Shown here piece after piece: positions 54,309 through 64,000 of a DNA stretch of 64,000 bases. The notes beneath the pieces were generated by a model. It saw only the letters and a list, made by a program, of their open reading frames with translations, was not told the DNA's origin and made no database searches. The position numbers and the translations under genes are program-made. The number at the start of each line of letters is the position of its first letter. Positions within the stretch are counted from its first letter, which is position 1. Source of the DNA: Chrysomallon squamiferum (lineage: Eukaryota > Animalia > Mollusca); contig CM022675.1 in the NCBI GenBank assembly GCA_012295275.1, positions 13,950,001 through 14,014,000 on the forward strand. Reading direction: 5' to 3'.

Positions 54309-54708
54309 TATTAAGCTTTGAATTGACAGTTTTTTGTTATGTATTACTAATAAATTAACAATCAAAATATTTTTTCTAGCTTTTGTTTCGAAATACAAAC
54401 TTGTTACTGTTTGATTGTATAATAAGTTAACGATATTAAACACATTTTATAAACATAAACTTTTATTGTTATATTCAGAAATACTGTTAGGACAGACTAT
54501 TAATAGTGTTCAGTGTCATATTCTATATGTAGATAAAATTGGTTTTAGAAATTATTTTTGTAAATTATGAATTTAAGTAATTTCTTTTACTCAGTTGGAA
54601 GAACACAACCAGTGGTAGAACATAAATGTAAATATCAGCACAGTTCAGAATTACCAGGCGTGTCTAATAACAGGAATGTTGTGTTTGGAAATCAAGTTAT
54701 TAAAACCA
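54158..54708 (+). pseudogene. Copy F: 5' fragment (exon 2 with an early stop; intact 114-nt exon 3)
   Basis: TACAG acceptor, ATG 54158 MDDRKES*. Exon 54595-54708 (TCAG..GTAAGT) encodes VGRTQPVVEHKCKYQHSSELPGVSNNRNVVFGNQVIKT. No downstream NTPase seen. Confidence 0.75.
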
Positions 54709-54990
54709 GTAAGTTAAAAACTGAAAGTTTTCTTTTCTCTTCCTGTTTAATAAACAACAGAATACACACCACAACGGTCATTAGTACTTTTCTGTCATTC
54801 ACTGTGATATGACCAACATAGAAAGATGCACACGCACAGACACAACGCATACAAACATATATATGGACACACAAATTGTAGTATTGTAACTCATCTAGAT
54901 TTTCCTTCTAATATAAATTATTGATATAATTGAAGTCAATATATCTATCATTATTATCACTTCCAAACATTGAAATATAGTACAATGAAC

Positions 54991-55042
<52 letters not shown>

Positions 55043-55453
55043 GAACAATAACAGTGCATAAGTAACAACAGTAATAACAAACAAATAGTTGCAGTTTTGA
55101 TAATTATTATATTTAGGATAAAACAAAAATGTTACTTTGTATAACTATTCTGATGATTAGTACATTTACTACAAAAACTAAGATAAAACTTTAGAATAAC
55201 TATTCTGATCATTATTAGATTGCTGATATACTAATATATATATATAATGTATGGTAGTATAGCTATTGTTATAATTAAATTGACTAGAAAACTAAGATAT
55301 AACTTAGAATAACTATTGTGATAATTATTATATTTAGTAGAAAACTAAGGTATACGTTAATATAACTATTGTAATAGTAAGGTAATAAATTATTGATACT
55401 TATTGTTATTTTTCCTCTATGTCCATATTTCATGCAATCTTTCTGTTCTTTGA

Positions 55454-55735
55454 TGTGTTTCAGTGTACACTCTCTAGGGTTGGGATGGAGTATAATAAAT
55501 GTAATGTTTGGTATGTTTCAGTATAAATTATCTAGGGTAGGGGTGGAGCATGATAAAAGTAATGTTTGGTATGTTTCAGTTTATATTCTTTAGGGTTGGG
55601 GAGAGTTTCATAAATATAATGTTTGGTATGTTTCAGTGTACATTCTCTAGGGTTGGGGTGCAGTATGATAAAAGTAATGTTTGGTATGTTTCAGTGTATA
55701 TTCTGTAGGGTTGAGATGTCATGTTTGGCATGTTT
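55454..55735. repeat. ~58-bp minisatellite, 4-5 copies (CTAGGGTTGGGGTGGAGTATGATAAAAGTAATGTTTGGTATGTTTCAGTGTACATT)
   Basis: Direct reading of the tandem units. Confidence 0.85.
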
Positions 55736-56556
55736 AAAGCAGGTAGCACTGGGACTAAAGTGGAAATGATGATTCCAAACAGCAGCTTAAAAAACAACAC
55801 GATGATCCACCCAAGTGTTGACTGAGTTGAAAATAGAGTTTTGGAGAATTTCTGAGTTTTCTGTTACTTGTAGCCAGGTGTTTCGGACTGATATCAGTGA
55901 CAGAACAACACTTCAGCAATCAGGTCTTTCTTCTGTTTTGCATGTTCTTCCACTTGCCTTGTGAAAGCAATAAAAAGAAAACGTCCAAATAAGAGAATTT
56001 TTCCCGAAGTGATATAAGCATTGACTGTAATATCTATAGTCTGTATAAAAATAATATTAACTCTTGTGTGTAGAAGGAAAACAGCACAGGCTCTGGACTC
56101 TCACAAATTAATACAATATCTTGTTTGTGTAAAAACTATAATCTTTCTTTCAAAAAATGACAACGATATAAAAGGGTGATGATTAGAAAGTAGAGGACGG
56201 TATCTTGGAAGTCTTTTCCATATCAGTTTAATATCATAATTTTATCTTTTCCCACCAAGAGAATTTCAGTTAATTAAGAGTTTTTTTATATATATATATA
56301 TATATATAACAGTTACAGTTACACTTTGTGGCCAGAAAATCGAAGTAAGTAGATACCAAGAAAATTAAACTAAGAAGATAGCGAGAAAATAAATATAAGT
56401 AGATACGGAGAAGTTAAAAATACCTAGATAAAATTAAGTAACAATAGCTAAATAGCGAGAATATCAAAACACCTGGACAGAAAGACAACCCACTTATATG
56501 TGTACTGTTTTAGTACAGGATCATGTAATTTATGTACACTGCGATTTCACTAAGAC

Positions 56557-56655
<99 letters not shown>

Positions 56656-57063
56656 AATAGCAAATGTGTGAAACTAAATTCATCAGATCAATTTTAAAAC
56701 TACAACGACATTTAGATTCTTCACACATCTTTGACTGCTGTTTCTATCTTTGGAATTTGGCTGGTAAAGAATATTTTAAATTATATGGAATAAATTAGAT
56801 TTTTTCTTCAGTCTATTGTTGTAAAGTCTGTTTCTAAACAGATCATCCAAATCTTTTCTTAACTGAAGTATTTTACTTTTTATGTGCATTTATCTATTTA
56901 TCTATCTTGGTATGTATGTATGTATGTATCTCTCTATCTAGCTATCTATCTATCTATAATTGTGTACCTTCATTTTGCTTCTTTTTATTATTTGTGTTCA
57001 TGTAATTTGATTTCCCTCAATACATTTTTATTAACGTTTTATTTGATTTTGTATTTCATTTCC

Positions 57064-57109
<46 letters not shown>

Positions 57110-57145
57110 GTTGTTTTTGTTGCTTTTATTGTCTTGTTTTTATTT

Positions 57146-57178
<33 letters not shown>

Positions 57179-57199
57179 TTAATAGCTCTTCAGGTACTT

Positions 57200-57380
57200 A
57201 GATCGCATGTTAATCTTGTTCACGGTTGAGTTATTAACAAGGAGAATTTGAAACCTTTGCAGGTACACTCATTGTTAGGTAATTGAAAAAATGTCGTTAA
57301 GAATGTCGTTACACGAAGATACTGATACTGCCTGGTGTTATCTGTAGGTCAGATTTCGAAGTTTAATTTTAAACATCAGT

Positions 57381-57411
<31 letters not shown>

Positions 57412-60400
57412 CTTCATCGTCAACATCATTACATTATTTTGCTGAGTATAAATATTCTGCTACTTGTTAATTGTTTATTGATTAATTTTCTGGATGCTCG
57501 TCAATTTATTTTATCAAGAAAACGAGAATAATACCCAAAATTAAATATTTTCCGTTGACTTACTCAGTTAACGTTCTAGCCGTATTCAGTTAAATGGTTG
57601 ACCTCAACTGTTACCTCAAAGAAAACAACAAACGGTGTGGGTTCTAAAATTTCTTTATCAAAACTTGAAACCAAACATCTGAAGTCACCTAGAACAGAAG
57701 TCACGCAATATCGACTGTGCAGTGGTGTCACATGAGTGGCAATATTGAGATACTACCGACTGAGTTAAATACAGCTGCCCAGTCCTTTTGTCAATCGCCA
57801 GAGTCCATGGTCAGAGGTCAGATGTGGATGATTATGCACATAATGTAAAACGTTTATTAAAAACAATAAAAACAACCGACATGATTACAGAACGAACTAC
57901 ACATAGACGTACATCGTCAAAACGAGGAGAGATTTGCGTATTAGTCCTGAAACTGTTATTCATCAAATAAATAAATAAATAAATATACAACAACAATAAT
58001 TAAAATATAGAAACGTTTGAGTGCGAAGAACATGCTATTTTATTTATTATGTTGTTTTCTTTTGACGAATTTTATTGCTTTTATTATTTGAGGTATTCAT
58101 TTATTTTTCTATTACGTGTATGACTGATAACTACATATATTTATATGTAGGTATTTTATATATATTTTCATGGGTTTGCATACATGGTCATCTTTGACCA
58201 ATCTATTAATAAATAAACCAATACTACTACCACTAATAATAATAATGTATCTTGTGCTAAGTGTTACAGAAGAAAAGGAACTTTTTTATGGATATGTATG
58301 TATGTATGTATATATGCAACTTTTGACCTTCATTTAGCTTCAAGAAACTTTTATTTTTATTCTTTCATCTGATTGTATTATTTAATTTGTTTATTTCATT
58401 CATATTATTATCATTGTTATTATTCTTAATATTATAATCACTGCTCTTGTCGTTGGTTGTGTTGTTGTAGTTCGGTTGAGTTGTAAACAAGGAGAATTTG
58501 AAACTTGTGTAGTTACAGTCATTGTTAAAGAATAGAAGAATTTTTTTTTTTTTTTAAATGTCCGTGTACGGTTATTGAAGATAAATACTACTTAGATTTT
58601 TCTGTAAAACAGTAGGCCAGATTTCAAACTTTAATATCAAACTACACTTCATTATTGTGGTTATTGTTATTGCTATTATTATTATATTTGTACTGTGCAT
58701 GGGACATGTGTGTGTGCGTAGATCGCACGTTAACTGTATTCACGGTTCAGCTGTAAACAAGGAAAATTTTAAAGGTGTGTAGTTACACTCAGTGTTAGAG
58801 AATACATAAAATATAGTTTATACGAGTATTGAAGATAATATCACTGATATTGTCTAGTTTTGTCTCTGAAACTGGATCAGGTTTCAAAGTTTAATGTCAA
58901 ACTACACTTAATTATTGTGGTTGTTATTATTATTGCTGATGCTGTTGTTGTTGTTGATATGTTTGTATTGTGCATAGTTTATGTAAGATACGTAGACTGC
59001 ACGTTAATCATGTTCACGGTTGAGTTGTAAACAAGGAACATTTTAAACCCGTAGAGTTGCACTCACTGTTAAAGAATAGAAAAATGGGTATTGAAGATAA
59101 TATCGCTAATACTGCCTAGTTTTGTCTGTCAAAAGTTTAATGTCAAACTACACTTCAGAATTATTGTTGTTGTTGTTGTTATTATTATTATTATTATTAA
59201 ATCGAATTATATCTTTTTATATACAACAACAACAACAATAATAATAATAAGAAAAAAGGCACAAATAAGGGGATCAGATCGAAGTATAAGTTATGTTCTT
59301 GACGATGGAGCAGTTTGTAAAAATAATAATATATACTTTTTCAGTTGTTTTAAAAAATAGTCGATAGAGGAATAAAATGTCTACCGAATAACTGACTATT
59401 TGAAATATTGATGATGATATAATTCAGTCTATTCGGGAAGTTAAATATAGAATTATTATGATAAAAATATGTTCAACGTTAATAAAGTAACGTTAATTTC
59501 AGTATACTGATTTGATTTAATTATAATCTAATAGTGAGCTGTAATTTAAAATGGCTAAAATGGCTATTCTTTATTACAGTTATATTCATTAGTTGATTTT
59601 GTTCATGATATTTGTCATTTTATTTTTCTCTCTTTTTGCAATTATTATTATTATTTTAAAGGTGTTTAATATGCAACTACTAGATTAGATGACACAAATA
59701 TTAAAATTTTGTTTGTTTACTTTCAAAATTAAACATGATATCTGCATGTTAGTCACGTGATTCTTATTCAAGATTTATGTAGAACATTATAACAGGGCAT
59801 TAAGAAAGAAACCGAAATAGAATGACATGAAATAAATAAATAAATAAATGTGAAATGTAGAGCTGGATGGAAGGTTATAAAATACAATTATCTATACGAA
59901 TCAATATATCTTACGAGGAATGTTTCCAGAGGGTTGAATCAAGACTAAACGCAGAGTGAGAGAGAAATACAAATAAACAGTGTCTGCTCTGACTTCTATG
60001 ACACGAAAACAGAGTAGTCTTCCTTGCTCGATATACAAACTAAATCTCAATCACGAAAATTATAATTGTGTATGTGTTGTGTGTGTGTTATTTTAAGATA
60101 TATATAGTCGTACTAAAAGAAAATGATATATAGCTCGCCCCTGTATATTGCTCATATCTTTTCGAGATAGTAGACAAATGATTTTGATAAACGTGTTATA
60201 CTTAGAAGTGTGTTTACACTGTCACCAAGCAACTAGAGTACCACACTCAGTGGTTACCTGTGACGTGTCCTCTTACAAAAATAGCACCTGACGTGTCTAA
60301 GCGGACGATAAGCAAACGGCGTAGAATTTCTGAAAAATCTCTAGCTGACAAGATTCGAGTTTTACTTCCATTTCGATTGACAGGTAGGCACACCTTACAT

Positions 60401-61491
60401 TACACAAACATAAAAATAATAACAAAATTAAAATATAAAAAAATGTAGAAAGTTTATGATAAGCTATTGGTTAAATATAATCATCATTAATAAAGTAACA
60501 TGTTCATTTCTGTATTGACACAATTATAATCTAATATTGAGCTGTAATTTAAAATGGCTAAATGATTCAACTTATTACAGTTATATTGATTCGTTGAAAT
60601 TTTCTTGATTTTGTCTTTTGTTTTCTGTTGTGTTGTTGGAACTTTATTATTAATACTCACTTTTCTCTGTTCTTACATTTAAAAAAAAAACAAGCTCACT
60701 GGTCACGGTCACTGCTTCTTTAGGATTAGACAACGTTACATGATCTAGACATGTATCTCCTTGAAATACGTAACTTGAGTTTTGTCACGTAGGCATGAAT
60801 TAGCAAAGAACACAGTTTATTGTAATGCAAATGGATATAGTGTATTTTCTCACTGAAATTGTTTTGACAAAAGGTCATGAAAGATTCATGTTAGGTTGCT
60901 AAATTTCTTGTTTTCATTAAATTGAGAATTTAAAGCAATAGTACGATATTAATTAATTGGTATCGTCAAATACTGATGCTCATGTAGTTCAGTGTATTTG
61001 GGTATAGAAAAAATAAATAAAAAAATATATAAATAAAAAATTAAAATTTTAATAAAAATAAAATAGAAAAAAATGTAGAAAATTTATGATAAACTATCGG
61101 TTAAGTATATTTTCAAGATTTAGTCACCATTAATAAAGTAACATGTTAATTTCTATATTTTTACAATTATAATCTAATACTGTAATTGAAAAAGGCTAAA
61201 TGGATATTACTTATTACAGTTATATTGATTCGTTGATATATTCTTGTTTTTTGTCTTTTGTTTTCTGTTGCGCATGTGGAACTTTTATTTTTGAGTGTAA
61301 TCCTAAATAATACAAAAATTAAATGTAACTGTTTTCTTTATCAACTCACTCTTCTCGACAGTAACATGTTCATGCATGTTCATTTTGTTGTGTCGCTGTG
61401 CATTTTTAATTTAGAAATGTAATCTTTTTAAAGATCTAATACAGCAGTTAAATATCAAAGACGTTACCAGACAATAAGTACATTAAGTACA

Positions 61492-61522
<31 letters not shown>

Positions 61523-63990
61523 TGTATGTATGTATGTATGCATGCATGCATGTATTTGTGGCTATCTGTGTGTATGTTTCTGTGTGTATGTGTAAAGAGA
61601 ATAACCAGTTATTTCTATGCTTTCCTCCATGTCAAACTACAGTTACTTATAGTTATTATTATTATTATTATTATGGTGGTGTTGTTGCTGTTTTTTTTAT
61701 ATTTTTTATGGGTTTTGTTTTTAAAGTGTTTATACCTCTGTTGATACTTAGATCGCATATTAATAGTGTTTAAATATTCTCATAGTTGTTAAGTGTTTAC
61801 TGAGTAATTTTCAGTGGATTTTTTATTTTGTTTTTGTTTTAGTGGACTGTTTCATTTTCTAAAATAGAGTGCTCGAAAACACGTGTACACTAACGCACGG
61901 ACATACATGCACATTCGCAACTGTAAGTATACAGATGTTTACAAACTCTAGAAAACATACATGTAGAAAACAGACATATAAGTCGACATACAATAACACA
62001 CCCACAGCCAAACGCATTATATATATATACATACATACTTACATAATTTAAAGTTATTTATAATTAATAGTAATTTGAGAAAAGAACGAAACAGAAGAAA
62101 ATGAAAAATATAAAGAAATGAATGTTAATACGAATGGTTTTAAAATAAAACTTATCAGAGTTTATTTTCTGTATATTGTCGTGTTTTATATGGATAAATT
62201 AATGCAAAAATCATCGTAGCTGCAGAATACCTATCTCTTTGGTATTAAAGCATCGAATTTCTCAATTCTTAAACACGAGAAAAGTAAGTAAATTTAAGTT
62301 ATTAATTCGATATTGTGAAGAACTTTGTAAAGCACGATATTATTGTTTACTACACGTAGTTGGTGCCTTTCATCCCGCTACCCCTATATTCTTTTCGTCT
62401 CTTTCTTACCCTGCAAGCAAAAATGTTTCAACAAATTTGTATAAATGGTAAAGTTCTAGCCGAACTCAAATTAATGGTTGACCTCAATTGTGACCTCAAA
62501 ATAACAACAAACTTGTTTCTAAAATCATTTCAGTCACCGTTCTTATTGTTGTTGTTGTTGCTGTTGTGGTTGTTGCTATAGTTCTTATTATTATTACTAT
62601 TTTTAATATTATATATTTTACTGTGCATAGTATATGTATAAATACTTATAACATAAGTTGATCATGTTCATGGTTGAGTTGTAAACAAGGAGAATTTGAG
62701 ACCTGTGTAGAGAATACCAAAACATGTTGTTATACGAGTATTGAAGATAATATGACTCATGCTGCTTAGTTTTGTCTGTGAAACAGTAGGTCAGATTCTG
62801 AACCATTAAAATCAAACTACACTTCATTACTATGATTGTTGTTGTTGTTGTTGTTGTTATGAACTCGAATTATATCTTTGTACACAAAACAACACAAATA
62901 ATAATAATAATAAGAAGAAGAAGAAGAAGAAGAAGAGGAAAGAAAGAAAGAAAGAAAGAAAGAAATCGCGAATAAGAGAAGCGATGTCTAAGTATAAACA
63001 CTATTGATGAACGAACAGTTTGTAAAAATATTAATATTCTTCAATTATCATATAAAATAGTTGATGGAGGAATGAACTATCCACGGAATAACTGATTATT
63101 TGGAATGAATAATTGAAATTAAAATTAATTGGTTTCGTCAAATATTGTAATTCGGGAAGACGAAAATTTTTGTTTTCAAAGTTGAATGACCCGTAATAAA
63201 ATAACAGGTTAATTACTATACTGGTACAATTATAATCCAATACAGATTTGTAATTTAAAGTGGCTAAGATGAATATTTCTTGTTACAGTTATATCCATTA
63301 GTTGATATTGTTCTTGTTTTTGTCTTTTGTTTCCTGTTGTGTTTTGTTTTCGGAATTTTTATTATTTTTAAACTATTTAATATGGAGTATATTCTCGTTA
63401 AAATTATTTTTTACAATGGTCATGGAAGATTCACGTTAGTTTAAAATTAAAGTTATTTTTTTCATTAATGAAATGGTTTCTTAAATAATAATGGTACAAC
63501 ATTAAGTACTTGGTAATTTTTTTAGAATGAAAAGCTTATTATTAATACCCAGTTTTCTCTGTTCTTACATTTCAAAACTAAACAAGCTCACGGGTCAAGG
63601 TCATGCTACTTTAAGATTAGTGATCCTCACCTTCTTGAAATATTGGCATGAGTTTTGTCACGTAGACACGAATTAGCAAAGAACACACTTTACTGTTTTA
63701 CAAGTCTTTATTATTTTGGCAGGTTTAAAAATAAGCGATTAAATAGAAAGATTTTGTATATATACACACAAAATCTTTGATTTTCTTCTAATTAAATTTA
63801 TTTTTGAGAAGAGTTCATGAAAGATTCGAGTTGGTTATTGTTAAATTTCTTGTTTCCATTGAATGAAATTATTTATTAAATTACGATATTGCGATGAATT
63901 AAGGAATTAAACCAAAGATAAACAGTACCATATCAGCTTATTATTATTCAGTATTTGTCACTGTCACGTGTTCTGTCTCTGAAGAAAGAA
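57200..63990. repeat. Mosaic of interspersed/tandem repeat modules
   Basis: GTTCACGGTTGAGTTGTAAACAAGGAGAATTTGAAAC-like module at ~57219, 58470, 58740, 59012, 62665. AATTATAATCTAATA..GTAATTTAAAATGGCTAA module at ~59519, 60522, 61165, 63228. CAAGCTCAC.GGTCA.GGTCA..GAATTAGCAAAGAACAC at ~60691 and ~63582. Confidence 0.8.
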
Positions 63991-64000
63991 ATAATAATTT

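Overview
AT-rich, microsatellite-rich metazoan genomic DNA, not prokaryotic. GT-AG introns, TTAGGG-like repeats and gene content suggest an invertebrate, probably a mollusc or other lophotrochozoan (inference). The one clearly intact gene is a single-coding-exon class A neuropeptide GPCR of the vasopressin/NPS-CCAP/GnRH-receptor superfamily (6219-7631, +). Most of 11-55 kb is a tandem array of about six decayed paralogs (A-F) of an NLR-like gene. Its structure is a YY1-motif CpG promoter, short N-terminal exons (one with a conserved RHIM-like VV[FY]GN motif), 33-nt micro-exons, and a large exon encoding an nSTAND3-type STAND NTPase followed by ankyrin repeats. Copies differ by NTPase deletion, micro-exon triplication, inversion, and juxtaposition to a VMO1-like gene fragment, and a ~6.7 kb segmental duplication links copies B and E. 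Other features are a 35-bp near-perfect hairpin, a foldback element with telomere-like repeats, minisatellites and a repeat mosaic at 57-64 kb. All family assignments come from motif recognition by eye, not database searches.
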